A DNA stretch of 62,293 nucleotides from Podarcis erhardii (GCA_964252035.1 CAXUOO010000179.1); one strand, 5' to 3'. Positions 22,775-37,038 are shown, numbered from the stretch's first letter. The notes: a model not told the origin generated them from the letters alone. Translations and numbers: made by a program.

Positions 22775-25700
22775 ATATCCCGTTTATATTAGTAGATCTC
22801 CATTAAGTTTACCTTGTCAACTCGGCAACAAGACACGTGGAAGATGTGCTTGAAATTCAAATTACAGTATTTGCCCCTGACGGTGGCTTGTAGGTAGATT
22901 TTATCAAAGTCCTTCTGTAAAAAGGGAAAACGCATTCGGTTAATAACCCTATGATGCAAACAGTAACAATAATATACTACTTTATATATATAAAAAACCC
23001 TATTTATTGTGAGTACTTGTAGCGCATTGTGTTTGTATATGCGCCTTGTCAAAAATTGTATCACCACCAACAGGTACGATGGGCTACATACATTTATGTA
23101 AAAAACGCTGGATGTTCTTCTCGCAAAAGATCGCTAATATTCCAACCTCATGTTAACTGAATAAAAATCGAAAATCTTAGTACTTCCTTCTTATATCTGG
23201 TTGAACCCTTACTGTGCAGTGGTAGTGATCGTGCCACATGACCAACTTTGATTCTTTTTATATAGTTGTTGTTTGATTTATGTTGTACTCCGTAATGTTT
23301 GAAAGAAAATTAGTGTCCTCCGAGAGATTCCTCAAATCGTGCTGATATGGGCTGACCCTTCACTATATACTCTAACTGCGACTTACGATAGTACAATGCA
23401 GAAAACGCGCGTATAAGGATCGCTTCACTCGAAGAAACAGCTCTGCTCGAGCGGCTTGATCTAAACAAATGTGTCGAAGGTTCACTGCTCCGTATTTATA
23501 AACAATAAGAACAGAATGTGACTTTTCAATGCCGTACTTAAGAGCACGTAGAACGGGAGCTGACCAGATGCTCTCAATATGCATTTACTGTTCACGTAGT
23601 AAAGTGTATATCGTATATTTATAGATGTATATATTCATATCTTTTGCAAGGCTGCTTAGTGGCTGAAGCTTGCTACAAGGTAGCTAGGTTACGACAATAT
23701 TTACGTCTTTGATTTCACCTCCAGTTGTGGATTCCTTTCTTTTTTTTCCTGTTTATAAGTCCATGATCTATTAAGTTTTACCCCAAAGCACTCCTTACGT
23801 TTCATGAGAGAAGTATGTTGGGGGGCGGTCAATTGCTGGGTTATATAGACCTATTAGCCCGCTTCTACTATTCGCCATATACCTATGATCAATGTGATGG
23901 GTTTACCAGCTGAAAATGGTCATCGTATAGATCAGTCGTTGTTACTTGCGCAACTAGGCATAGGTATAATGAAATACAACAAAAAGAATAATAATTTTCG
24001 CAAAACTGATAATGTGTGTTAATTTTCCTTGGTGTCTTTTCATACGATTCTTCGAATTCTAGCAATCACTTGCACATTATCTATGAAGACGTCCACTCGC
24101 CCATATTGTAATTCTCAAATTTATAGTGTGCAAGTTTTACTATGAAGTGCCGTTCGTAGTAAAACAATATAGTTGTAGACATATAGATAGTCTCCAGCCT
24201 TGTACGCGTACATCTATATGTGTGTGAGTAGATGTGTAAAAATAGAGAGATACATATTCGACTTTTTATTCACTTAGCTATTTTCTCTCTAAGAGTGAAA
24301 CACTTTGAACATGTTTACGTTTACGCTCTTACAGAACATTTGCGCAGCAATGTTCAGTATCAAGAGCTGTAACAAACCAAGTCAACCCCAAATCTGCGTG
24401 GATGATTTTGAATACTAGGACGCCAAATCAATGTGAATATCTGACGTTGCGGAGGCATCCGTGCATTAATCACAAGATGAAGAGCAGCACAATTTGACAC
24501 ATACGAAGGGGTCAACCCTTACGGCTACCTTTATTTACTGTTATTCAAGTACGTCCAACAATACCACTTCACAACGATTAGTATGGTCTTGCACTCACCA
24601 ATGTGTTTTGACTATTGGTCAATAATATAGTGTGCCGGCCATATAATTATATTCAGCATGTTGGTACGTTGTTCGCAAAACACCAACACTGGCACGTTGC
24701 CATGTCGCTTCGTCATTGAAATTATTAAGAAGCGGTGCGCCGCGGAATATCTTGTAAACGTATGCTCTCTGCTGAGGTACTGCATCGGCGGGCTGGCGCA
24801 CCAACTTGACAAGACAAAGCGGATGCGATTCCAAAATTTTGGTGCCGCACGGTATTCGTCATGTAAGAACTGTAGTCAAACTTTTTTAAGCACATGGAAG
24901 CGTCTTTCTTCCGTAAAATCACTCATCGTATAAATCGTGGCGCTTTCCTCTCGGTTACTTCCGCCTTCGCCGTTTATTTGTTCAAGTGTGCGAGTCTCAC
25001 GTTTCCCTGCTGCATTGTCTTGACGCTTGCTGTGTTGCCTACCTTTCGATGATCAACCTGGGACAAAGACATTTTTATATATTTTTGACATTCTGCTTCG
25101 TTTGTTGTACGAACCTGCTCATCAAATCATCTACAAGTCCCATTTTGTAGAAGTTTATTTTCCGACGGGGATGGTTCCAGTTTTTCTTACGTTGTACAGA
25201 AAGAGTTCTGGAATCCTTAGCGGTCACTTAGTGGGCTACTCGCGGTCGTTCTGAAGATTTGCCTTTTCTCATTCCATTTTGTAAGGTGTGACGCGTATTT
25301 ATCAAATGCGTTATTCATATTCCGCAGAAATTCTGTACTTCATCGTCATCAAAAATCTTTTCGGCTCAATATGTTCGCTTGTTTTTCTCCGTTTGAATCG
25401 CATCTCTCAATTCAGTCTCGTGCTGCATTCTAACTATTTTACGGGGAAAGCAAAGTTTTTCTCCGGTTCTCGATTCGCCTCCATCGACCGCTCTTAACGC
25501 ATTCAGAACCCGCTAGAGTTTTGCAGCAACTAAAAAGAATGCCACACCAACGTCTCTGGGTAGTAGGGCACAACCTATTGTAGTGCCATCAATTCTATTT
25601 TAATTGTACAATAGATTTTGTTATAGCACCGAAGTCATCTGCATCTATGTTTCTTTGTCCGGCGTACGAACGGATATCCATCAGAGCGAATCACACACGA

Positions 25701-25875
25701 AAGGTCGATTTGGAACGTACAACAGGTGCTATACCATAATCTTTGCAAAGAACTCCCTGAAGTGGAAAATTTAGTTTTGAGCTAGGAGTTGATAGCAAGG
25801 GCGGCAATTGCCCCTTTTTTTACTGAGGAGAGCGATGCCCCATTCAACAGCACCAGCAGCTAGAGCAGCAAAGCC

Positions 25876-26827
25876 ATGGCTTCTGAACAACGCGAATCAC
25901 CTGGGACGGCGAGAGATACAGAGGGAGAAGAAGAAGATCGAAAGAGAAGCGCTGAGATATCGAGGATGCTGACGGATTTATTGTCAGCTGAAAATTCAGA
26001 CTTCTTTGAAAGTTTTTTGAAACAGAGAGTTAATTCTCAGGTGTCTTGGTCTTCTTTATTGGACAGCAAAGTGCATTCGCGGGGAACGGCGCAGCAACGA
26101 AAATGTGTCTCGAATCATCTGCAGAACTCACAGAACAGCAGACCAAAAAATTTTTCACCCGAAGCACATCCAATAACAGTTGAAAAAAATGAAGCAGCTA
26201 CCACTGAAGCACGATCTACTAGGACGACACTAACGAGCTCTTCAGAAGAACTCCTAGCAGCAGCAAGTAGCGGGGAGCCGGCAGCACATGCGAAAGCGAA
26301 TTTTGCAGATTTTGAAGTTTGTGAAACAGGAAGAGCTGCAACAGGAACAACACAGTCGTCAGCAGCATTCACACCAACAGCGGCAATTCCACCAGAGTCA
26401 GCGACAGCACTAAAAGCAACAACTGCTTCAGCACAAACGGCAGCAACAGCAATTGAGGAAAAGCATTTGACCGAAGCGGCTCCAGAGGAGACAGAATGTG
26501 GTTTCAATTCAACGGAGGAAGAAGACACATGGACCTTCTTGATGTGCAGCGAAATGTGTCGCACTATTCTTCAATACCGATATATTTTGAAACAGGAAGA
26601 AATGGGATCGCCTGTCGATCCAGACAGCATAAACGAATTTCTAGCTCAGAAGCAGCTTCCACAGCAGCGGCCAGCAAGTCAGCCGCCTCTTGCACCTTTT
26701 CAATCGAAATACGCTGGCCGTCGGCTCTTGCAGCAACAAGCTCAGGTGTTTTACAAGCTATTTCGCTGCAGAAGAAAGCAGCTGTTGCAGCAGGCTGCGA
26801 AGGGGGAGAAGTTGGAGCAGCTGCCAG
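25876..26827 (+). CDS. KIFBP: KIF1-binding protein (KBP) homologue, exon 1
   Basis: ATG in context gcaaagccATGG, ORF open, donor CCA G|GTCAGT (phase 1) compatible with the exon 2 acceptor. Assigned to KBP by splice continuity, not by its own motifs. Confidence 0.7.
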
Positions 26828-27524
26828 GTCAGTCCCTCAAAGGTTCGTGCTGGATATAGACTTTGTCATGTGGTAGTCAGACGTACTTTCAGACACTAGT
26901 CACACGTAGTCAGACGTACTTTTCCTTTCAATATATACACAAGCTACTACGAGAGCTGTAGCTTTTTTTCTTCTCTGTATTTTACATTTGGCACTATCTC
27001 CTTACACATATTTTTGAACTTTGAAACGCACATCCACACATCCACACACGACGTGTGCGAAGCACAGGGAAAGCTGTTTTTTAGTCAGACACACCTCGTA
27101 TCGTGTAGGAGTGTGTTGGCTTCGTCACCACATTGACGTTCTTTTTTTGTCGCCAACGAAAGAAGCAGCCGTAACTTTGCGTATGCACACACACTTGTGC
27201 AGGTATCGTATGTACGCAGTTCCCATACACATAGATAGAATTGTATCTCTTGCCGAGGAGCTGCGTTGCGCCAGTCATTATTGACAGAATATATCGCGGC
27301 TCTACACATATGCATATGTATACGTAAACGTGTGTATCTACCGTAGACATAAGTGTATCTGTGTTCTTGCAAGTGTCTGTGCATCTACTTGTGTAGGTGT
27401 GGATTTCTCGTACCCTCTTGACTTGCTACGCCGCAGCGACTCTCTCGACGAGTTCACCACGCGAGAACTTTCCGTGAAAAAGTTGCAAAATGTTCTACTA
27501 TTATTATGTGCTGAGTTTTCGCAG

Positions 27525-30292
27525 GTGCAGCGGAAACCCCCGGGACAAGAAGTTGCTCCAAACTTGACCACGAGCAGCAACAGCAGCGAACTCGACTGCA
27601 ATGGCAAGAAGGACTGCCGCTGCTGTGTATGGCGCACTTGTACGGTTTACTAGGAGAAAACTACATCAACACGGAAGAGGCAGTGGAGGGAGAGCTTCGT
27701 CTGCGAAAAGCCGTGGAACTCCTCCTGAAACTGGCGCCGGAGATCAGCGATTTCTCCGAGTCCCTCTCTCCCACTGCTGCTTCTTCTTCTTCTTCGCTGT
27801 GTTCTTCTTTTGCGGATTTTTCCACTTCTCCAGCCACTGCTGGTGCAGCTTTCGAGAACCACTTCGACGCTGCTGCCCACTCGCTCAACTTTCCAGCAAC
27901 AACGCCGCGCAGTTTTCGAGCTGCACCCAATGGAGCGAGTGACTCGCCACGCAAAACTGCAGAAAGAAAGAGTCCACTAGAAAGGCAGCCCCTCTTAAGC
28001 GCACTTTCTCCCAGCCACACACACACAGCCACTGTTCGTGCTGGTCCCAAAGCGGCAGCTGCTTCACCCAGTGAAGGAGAACAGAAGAGGCCGAAACAAG
28101 CAGAAGAAACGGGCCTGCTTTTCCTCCACACAGCGACTTTCCTGTTTTTCTCAGCTCCAGTGCTGCAACTGAGACTCAGCACGCTGCTGTTCAACCTCGC
28201 TGCGGTGTACGTACAGTGGCAACGCCCCCGCGACGCGCTGGCCTGCTTCGTGCCTGCCTCTCGACTCCTGCGCCTAGTCAAACAGCAGCTGCTGTGGCTG
28301 CTAAAACAACTCCACTACCACCACCACCACCATTCTTTTCCTCCTTTTTCTTTTTCTTTTCCTTTTTCTTTTTCTCCTTTTCCTCTTCACCACCACCACC
28401 AGTGCCAGTCAGCCCCGCAGTGTTTGGTGGTGAAGAACCGACCACCTCCACTTGAGCAGGAGAGGAGGAGGCCTGAACACCTGCAGCGTCGCCTCGAAGA
28501 GGAAGAAAGAGAGGACTTGGAGAGGAGAAGAGCGGAAAGCAGAGAGAAGAGTTGGTGGATTTCTGCGGATCCACAGTCGCGGGCTGAGTGCAGAAAACTG
28601 CTGCTGGAGAGTCTCCGTCTGCTGCTGACTCGTGTGGTGGCTTCTTTGGCTTTGCTGCAGCAGTGCATTGCGGCTCAATTGCAACTAGCGCTGCACGAGC
28701 AAAGCTCCACTAGTGCCAAAAACGCTGCCGCTGCTGCCGCTGCTGCAGGCACTGCTGCTGCTCTTGGAGACTTGCTGGCTAGACGCGAGGCGCTGCTGCA
28801 TGCGTTGCAACAAAAAGAACACAAAAAACAACACGCACGTAACCAGCAGTTTGAACACGCACGTAACCAGCAGTTTGAACACGCACGTTTCCAGCAGTTT
28901 GAACACGCACGTTTCCAGCAGTTTGAACACGCACGCAACCAGCAGTTTAGCCCAAAAAGCGCAGCAGAGCAGGAGAAGAAGGAGGAAACGAGGAGGAGTG
29001 GGGGGGTTTTGGTGCCAGCGCCCCCACAAGAAGGCGCAGAGTTTGCTCAGTCAGAAGCGCAGTGGGTGGAAAATGACAAGCTCCTCGAGCAAGCAGCAGC
29101 AGTTTCGCTCGCTGCTGCGCAGAGGCGCTTCTTCGACTCGTTGCTGTTGCTGTGGAAGTCGAAGCAGCAGCAGCAGCAAAGAAACGGAGCAAAGCACACT
29201 TCTTCTTCTGAGAAAATTCCCCGCCCCTGCTGTGGTGGTGCTGACGGTGGTGGTGCTGCTGAACGGCTGACGCAGAGAAAAGAGAAGAAGAAGGAGGAGG
29301 AAAAAGGGGAGGCTGCGCTTACTGCGAGTGGAGAAAGCAGGAGAGAAGAAGAGACGCTGTCGCCGCTTTCAGTGCATGCACCGTCGCTCGCAGGACTGCT
29401 CTTTACTTTCTTTTCCTTCACGCCCTTTCGCATTGACGTGCGCAGCATAGTCGGCAACTTGGCTTCCCTCGCCTCTTTCTACACCTACTCAGCAGCAGCC
29501 TTTCCCACTGCTTTTCCTTCAGAGCCCCCCCCCTTCCCCTCCTCCACTACTACTGTGCTAGGAAGTTGCTGCTCGCTTTTCTCCGCAGAATACGCCCTGC
29601 TCACTGCTGAAGCGCTGCTAGAAAACAACGCATGCACCTACTCAGAGCTCCAACAACCACAACCACAACAACAGCCACCACCACTTCCACAACAACGAGG
29701 AAAAACGCAGAGCTCCGCAACCACCACCACCACCACAACAGCAGTTGAACTGGGAGGAGGAGAATCGTCTTTAGATGCAGAATTGCACAGTGTGTGTTTG
29801 GACGAGAACGGAGACGCAGTGGCGCTGGAAGAGGGCGAAGTTGCAGTGCAGGTTGTGGCTTTAGACGACTCGAAACGACGAGAACTTCGAGGCGAAGTGC
29901 ATCGCGAACTCTTTCAACTCTACGCGCAGCGTCTGCAACTTTCCAGGAAGTTTCTGACAGACCACCACACCGTCGCTGCTGCCACTGCACTCAAAGCAGC
30001 ACTTGAAGCAGCAGCAGCAGAAAAAGAAGAAGAAAAAGAAGAAGAAGAGGAGAACTCTCCACTAGAAGTGGAAGAAGAAGGGGGTGAAGCAGCGACAAAA
30101 CTCGCGGAAACTGAGGCTGCAAAGCCACGCGCAGCTGCAAAAAAGAGCCCAGACAATCACTGTGCAGTCTCGTTCGTTTCACCACAACCACAACAAATTC
30201 ACCAGCAGTTGAAGCAGCAGGCGATTGTTGGCGGTCAACAAGAAGACTCGACTGCTCGCTTTCAGCGCTTGTTTTATAACAGAGAGAAAAAG
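27525..30292 (+). CDS. KIFBP: KBP homologue, exon 2 (TPR-like helices with large low-complexity insertions)
   Basis: Acceptor ttttcgcag|GT. LLGENYINTEEAVEGELRLRKAVELL resembles KBP LGxNHIxTEELSAGEEHLVKCLRLL. VGNLASLASFY resembles AINAATLSQFY. RGEVHRELFQLY resembles KGEIARCWIKY. Donor AAG|GTGACA. Confidence 0.85.
28830..28949 (+). repeat. Coding 24-nt repeat x5 encoding HAR[NF]QQFE
   Basis: aacacgcacgtaaccagcagtttg-type units in KBP exon 2. Confidence 0.9.
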
Positions 30293-31325
30293 GTGACAAA
30301 CATTTAACCTTTCTCCAGATACAGAAATTGTCGTTGTTTTCAGCGATTTCGGGGAAGGCTGTCAGACAGACACTTCTCGAGTACTGGTTGAGTGTGCAGG
30401 TGTGAGGAGGAGATAAGATTGGAGCTTAAGATTGTACACATGCACGAAAGAAAGAATTAAAGAAACGCCGCAGATATACGGAGTACTGCATCGAAGTTAT
30501 ACCTGTGTCTGCAGTTTGAGGTCTCAAGACGCCTTCACAAAAAAAAGGCCGTTATATCATATATATATATATATGTATATGTGTGGATGATGCAAACATG
30601 TGTTGCTGGGACTGACTCAAACTACGACTACTGTTGTGAGTCACACACAGTGCCTTCTGCTTGAAAAATAAACCCTCCTATTATTATGAACCTCAGTTGC
30701 TCGCACACACCGCTTTCACACACGCTTCATTTTCCACTTCACACATACAAATTTCATACATTTCTCTACTTTTCTCACACACTGCAGCAGCTCCTCAACC
30801 TTGCATCCGGTTCCCATGTAGACAAAATGTACATTTTTATATACATATATACAAATTTTATAGTCAGGCCGCTCCATGCACCTGTGCATATTCAAATCCA
30901 TTTGTACATATATATATATATATGTCTATTTCAGATTGCATTAAGTAATTCAAAACAGTCAATAATTGTTGAGACTTGTTTGTCGAATGAAGTACTCTCG
31001 TAAGCATCTTTCTAGACGCTAATAATACGTAAGCGCAAACAGCCCTATTATATGAACATGTGTAAAGTATATATATATGTAATGTATATGTGCATGTTTT
31101 ACATATCTAGATAGATTTGTACACACATATATATGTACATCCGTAGATTTTTTTTCAACGCGTATGTGTGTATATATACATATACAGATATGCACCTGCA
31201 GAGGCATTATAGAGTCGAACCCACATGTGTGATATATAATACGTATGTGGACATATACAGATGCATTGGTGTTTCTAGAAGACTTAGCGTAGAAACTCGA
31301 CAAGCATTGTATGGATTGCATTCAG

Positions 31326-31729
31326 GAGGAAGTTCCAAGAATAGAAGACTTGCAAGACGCTTTGGGACTTCTTTCTTGCCGTGAAGAGTTTCTCAGAAAT
31401 CTGCTTAGCAAGAAAGAGAGCAGAAAGCAGCTGGAGAGTGAGAGCGGAAATGAGAGTCCAGTTTGTGCAGAAGAATCCTTCAATTTATGCATGCAGCCGT
31501 TGCGCATTGCTAAGGGCTTCTTTCAGTGCTGTTCCTTTCCGTGCGCTCTCCTCTCTCCTCAAAGCTGCAGCTGGTGCAATTTTTCCGTCTCTGCTCCAAC
31601 AGCAAAAGCAGCCACAGCTGAAACCAAAGCAAGCAAAGTAGGCGAAAAAGAATACACGATTTGGTTTCGATCAGCGAAACACACAGAGGCGACTTCACTT
31701 GAGAGTCGCCGCAGCCCCTCGCTCAATAA
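31326..31729 (+). CDS. KIFBP: KBP homologue, exon 3
   Basis: cattcag|GAG GAA GTT ... AAT AA|GTGAGT, phases 0 and 2 fit both neighbours. Confidence 0.7.
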
Positions 31730-32151
31730 GTGAGTCTGCTGCAGTCTCTGCAACCTAGAAAACAGCAGCGAAAACTTTCCTCTAAACGCATTCTCTCTCT
31801 TTTTCTCCCTATATACGTGTATATATGTATTTGTGCAGAACGTGTCTCAGTGTATATGCTTCGCAGGCAATGTGGAAGTGGAAGAAAGCAGCGTTTCTGT
31901 GCTTTTTTGCCTTCTTTTCACCCAGAGATTGTACGGACTCGTCTGCTGCTTTCTGCAGCACTTCTGCTTCGACTCGATAACCGATTCACCTGTGTGTGTG
32001 CAGCCAAATGCACGTAGCACAAGTTCCCACACCTATCTCACCTTTTCCATACCTATTTTGCTTGTTTGGGCCGTGAATGCGTGGAATTTTCTCTATGTTG
32101 TGATCTCCTTTCTGATTGCTACTTGTATGTGTGTGTGGCGATGATGTACAG

Positions 32152-32227
32152 AAACGTGCGTCTATTGCGATTGAGTGAAGAGTTGTTTGTTCATTGCTCG
32201 CTTTACTTCCCTTCGTTTCATCGACAG
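32152..32227 (+). CDS. KIFBP: KBP homologue, exon 4
   Basis: gtacag|A AAC ... CAG|GTGAGG, 76 nt, NVRLLRLSEELFVHCSLYFPSFHRQ, phases fit. Confidence 0.6.
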
Positions 32228-32879
32228 GTGAGGCTTCTCAAAATCGCAGCAGTAAATAAAAGAGCAACAAAAATGAAAGAGCAGCAACGATTCAACATAG
32301 GGTCGTCGATATACGCTATAGTGTGTACGCGTGGATTCTCGTGCTTGGGGGATATATTCTAGACGCATATATAAAAAATGCAAAGTTTATGGTGTCAGCT
32401 GAGGACTTGATCAAGCCAGTTTCTTCTTCAAATTCTTCAAAAAAGTGCTCTTTGATCTCATGGAAATGCATGAAAAAAGTGCGTCAAGTTAAACTATAGG
32501 TGAACGCTGAATGCCCGCTAAGCAAAATTTCATAGGCATATACACTAGTAACTTTACACATTGTATATACACATGTATGGTTGGATAGTAGATAGGTGTC
32601 TGTGTTTTGTGTGCATGTGCAAAGAAGCGTAGATTTCGTCTACACGCTTATGTGTAGTTCTGCGCAATGCAAATTTGCCGAAGAATTGACATCATTGATA
32701 AACTCGCGATTTGCAGTTGCGTGTTGATTGACTTGAGAAAATGCGTGGAAACCGACTCTTTTTCGGTCGCAAAAAAAAGGACATCTTTGTGTACTCCTTC
32801 GCCACTTTTTTGTCCGCATGCAACTATATGTGAAGCAGTGTTTCTTTCTTGAGATTTTTGGGTTCGCTCTTATCGTCAG

Positions 32880-32968
32880 GTAGAGAAGAAGATGCAGCAG
32901 AGAAACGAAATGTTTCTTCGAGCAGTAGGAGATCTTGGATCCCTGCCTAGTTCTCTCTCTGCTTACAA
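32880..32968 (+). CDS. KIFBP: KBP homologue, exon 5
   Basis: atcgtcag|GTA GAG ... TAC AA|GTCGGT, VEKKMQQRNEMFLRAVGDLGSLPSSLSAY, phases fit. Confidence 0.6.
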
Positions 32969-33592
32969 GTCGGTCAAAAACTCTCCTCTTCTCCGTCTTC
33001 GCGTTTCTTCTTCAAGCTGCTTTCAGTGTTTCTACTGCGTTGCTTTAACAGTAGATGCTGCTGCTGCTGTTTTTGTTTAGTCTGTGCTGAGTTAAAGGTG
33101 GTGATGTCGCTATTGACGACTTTTTACTAGTTGTCTGCTGTGCATGCTGTTGCTGCTGCTTCTTTCTGCTTTCTTGGTGCAGCTACGTAGATGGATGAAT
33201 TTGCTGGGTCGATTCTGACTTTGCTTTACTACTGCTGTCTTCCTCTTCCTTACGCTAACCCATCGAAATTTCAATTTTGCTGGAAAAAGCCTAGACTTGG
33301 ATATGTGTAGGCAGCTAGTTGTGTGTGCGTCTAAGTTGCACTCATGCTCACACAGTTACAGTTTCAGCAGCGCAAAAATAGTGAGTGGCAATTTCGCTGC
33401 AATATATCAGCACTCTAATGAACTGGCTCTTTTTCGTGTCTTCTTTTCTACGTTGTTGTGTGTTATTAAGTGTGTGTGATTCAACGATTTCTCTGTGTGG
33501 AAGTGACGCCTTTGCTGATTTGCGTGAGAATTGTCACTGATTGCGCTGATTGCCTTTGTTTGAGTGCTGCAAATTGCATGCCGCTTTTTCAG

Positions 33593-33698
33593 GGAATTCA
33601 TCAAGAAGCGTTTGATGTCTTTGGCTCTTGTCGACGACTTCGCTGCTCCTCGCAGTCTTTTTGCTATGGCCATGAAAGAGGCCTCAGCTGCTCAACAA
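33593..33698 (+). CDS. KIFBP: KBP homologue, exon 6
   Basis: ttttcag|G GAA ... CAA|GTACTT. LVDDFAAPRSLFAMAMKEASAAQQ resembles KBP PLDFEEARELFLLGQHYVFEAKE. Confidence 0.75.
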
Positions 33699-35477
33699 GT
33701 ACTTGTTCGTTGTTTTTTTGTTTTTTTTTTTCCTCCCTTTCAGCCCCTTCCTCAGTGAACATTTAACATATCGTTATTATGGTTGTGATAGCTATATGCT
33801 GCTGCAGTCTCTTTTGTGGTGTAAAACTCTCCAAACTGTCTAAGTCCTCTTTTCCTCTCTTCTATATGTGTCACTGTCTCCCTCCAATCATTATCAGCCT
33901 CGCTTCCACTGACTGCTTCTTTCTTCAGTGAAATCGCGCACTGAGTGTTTGTGCTTCTTCGTTTGAGCCACGCACTGCTCCTCTTTTACTATAAATGTCC
34001 CAAAAAAGGGCTACTTGCTGTCTATACAGTGCAGGCGAAAAAAAACGCAAAAAAGAAGCTCGTCGTCGTGAGACTTTTCTTCCATCCAAACACGAGTCTG
34101 TTTGAGGCAGCTTCTTTGGCTACTCGTTGCGTCCAACTTGTGCATGCTGTTGCTTGGAGTTTACAAAGCTTTTAGATTTCGGCTGCTGTTTCTGCAGTTT
34201 TTGCGGCTGCTGTTTGTTGAGGGTTTGCATTGATGCACACCAGTATGGTATTTATACGCCTTTTTCATGACTCACTGTTTGTTGTGTTGCTTGAAGCGTT
34301 CTCAGTGTCGGCTAGTTTTAAAAGGTCTAAACTCGCTTTTTTACTGCATGCACTGCACCTTTTCTTTTCTTTCAGCTGCTGCTTACAGCCACACTGTGTC
34401 TGCTTTGTTGCTGCTGTATCACGCTTTCAGTGCTCTCTCGTTTTGTTAGCCTGCTCGAACTTTCAGTAGTACTAACAGTAGTACTACAATAGTAGTAGTA
34501 GTAGTAGTATTAATTTTAGTAGTATTAGTAGTAGTAGTGATAGTAGTAAGAGTCGACTTATCATAAGCATATAGACATATGCAGAGAGACGGAGTTTGCA
34601 GCTGCTGTCTCTGCTTTTGAGGAGAAGCATTGAAACAGGTTGCTGGTGCTGTTTACATGGTTTTATTTCTCTACTGTATGTACAGCTAAGTTTTCTCTAT
34701 TAACAACTGCGAGATTTCACGCTTTTTCACCAGTTGTCTTGTCTTGCTGGCGTCTGCAGCTGTCTCGTCTCCATCCATGCCCATACAAATCGCTTTTTTT
34801 CGTAAACATAGCACAACCAACTCGTCTGTCTAATATATATATAAAATACATATATATATGTTTGTGAGCATGCGTGTGTGTTTGAAGGCGTTGTTTGTCT
34901 GAAAAATCTCGCGAGCTATCTTCTTTTGCAGTTGCTGTGCTTTCTTTGAATATCTTCTGCTTTTTGTTTCCTTTCTTTACTCGTTGCTAGACCTTGTATT
35001 GCTGTTTTCCTTGTCTTTACTTCACATGGAAGACTGGGATCGAGTATTCAATTAAAGAAAACATATATATATATACATACATATTTTATATATATGTATA
35101 TACATGTTTTATATAAATGGATATACATTTTTTAGATATATATGTAGAGATTTGTATGTAGATGGTGCACTGAGAACTTGCGACTATTGCTGCGGCTGCT
35201 GGAAGCTGCAACTGCATGCATCTTTTTCTGTTGGAAGTTGGAGACTTTGCCTGAGATTGGAGCTGTTTTTGCTCTAAATAGCAGCATTTTTTTGCTGGTT
35301 TTACTTGTGCTTGTTGTAGATGTCTCCAGTTGCTGTTGCTGCTTGTATGGGTCTTTTGTTTGAGCCTCTATTTGCAATAAATGTACACAACATATGTATG
35401 TAAGTGGACTCAAAGTTCGCTGTATTAAAAATCAGTTTGAGTGGTGCTTCGACTGGTGGCTGCTTTTTTGTGTGCAG

Positions 35478-35545
35478 ATTTTCGAGCTTGATGGTTGGGC
35501 AAGCGACTATGCCAAACTTGTCATACAACAAGCAGCCCTTTACAA
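35478..35545 (+). CDS. KIFBP: KBP homologue, exon 7
   Basis: tgtgcag|ATT ... TAC AA|GTATGA. IFELDGWASDYAKLVIQQAALYK resembles FFQIDGYVTDHIEVVQDHSALFK. Confidence 0.85.
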
Positions 35546-36086
35546 GTATGAGTCATTTGTATGCATATAAGCGAGTGTACATATACGTGTTTATATGTAT
35601 GTATATATACATATTTTTGTACAAATATGTATGATTGGGTAAGACTATAAGAAGGTCCAAAAATCCATATACACACATATATATATATATACGCACACTG
35701 GCGCGTGATGGATATAGGAAACGCTTTGCGTACATCTTTATTTACTATGACTGTACGATTAAATTATATCCATATATATAGATTTTATGCATACATGTAC
35801 AGTTGTGTATGTACAGCTACCTAATGCCTCCCACACATATATATACATATATATATATATGTATTCGTATCGCTTTAATCGAATGTATTCCTATCTCTAC
35901 ACATATGACGTTATAGATATGGAATTCCTTGTCTGTAACGCTAATGTAAGTAGACTGGCTGAACTACTGAGTTGTGCGCGGTTTTTTTATAGAAATTTTT
36001 TGCTCTTGCCCGAGTTTCTATATAGGCGATTGCCTGCTATTGAATATATACTCACGCACACATGATTCTTTGTGTATTTGCTCTAT

Positions 36087-36117
<31 letters not shown>

Positions 36118-36921
36118 AGTAGATATCTATATGTATGTTTACGCATATGTATGTATGTGTACATGCTCCCACTACTACTAGTAGTACTACTAATACTACT
36201 ACTATTACTAATACTACTACTACTACTACTACTGCTGTTACTACTGCTGTTACTACTACTACCACTACTAGTGTCGTAGTGTGGTCCATGCTGTTGATTG
36301 TCTTGCCGGTTCTTTTACTAGCGCAAAACGATCGAATTTATCTCGACGGTTTCTCAGCGTGGTAAATTTACAAAAAGCTGTTTGTTTGTTTATTCATGTG
36401 ACTGTGTATACATATTCATCTACATACTCCTCTTTGTGTGAACGTTCAAAACTGTACACATACATATATATATATATATATATGCATTTATATGTGTACG
36501 CTTGTATATATGTGAGCGTGTGAAACCCTATGAGAACGTTACTCTATTTTGAGTCGATTATACATAGAGAGAAAGAAAGAGGGCAAGGCCATTTAGACCT
36601 TGACAATTGTATGCATTTGAGTGAATATATGTACAAAATTTATATCAAAGTATATATATATATGTATATTTACTTTCGGTGCACCACGTTTTTTCTCCCA
36701 CAATGTTTATAGGAGCGGCTTTATTTTTGATTTCGCAGAAGAAACAAAAGCAAAGAGTAGACTAGCAGCAACACTGTACATCCTCTCCATAGATTTTTTG
36801 CATTTTTTCGCAGTATTCCGAGCACAATATTGGTTTGTCCTCATCCGCACGTTGTTGTTGTGTTTTCAAAGAGAAATTTGACTGCTCTTTTTTGCTGCTG
36901 TTGTTTTTCTGCTGCTTGCAG

Positions 36922-37038
36922 GGAACTGAGTTTCTTTGAAAAGGATGTTCCACGCTACATTGCTATGCAGAAGCGGCGCTCACAACTGCTAGCCACTCTT
37001 TCTAAGCAACTCAATCCAAAGCACTACATAGACCTAGT
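36922..37038 (+). CDS. KIFBP: KBP homologue, exon 8
   Basis: cttgcag|G ... GT|GTACGT. ELSFFEKDVPRYIAMQKRRSQLLATLSKQLNPKHYIDLV resembles LAFFETDMERRCKMHKRRIAMLEPLxxDLNPQYYLLV, the most diagnostic KBP_C segment. Confidence 0.9.
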
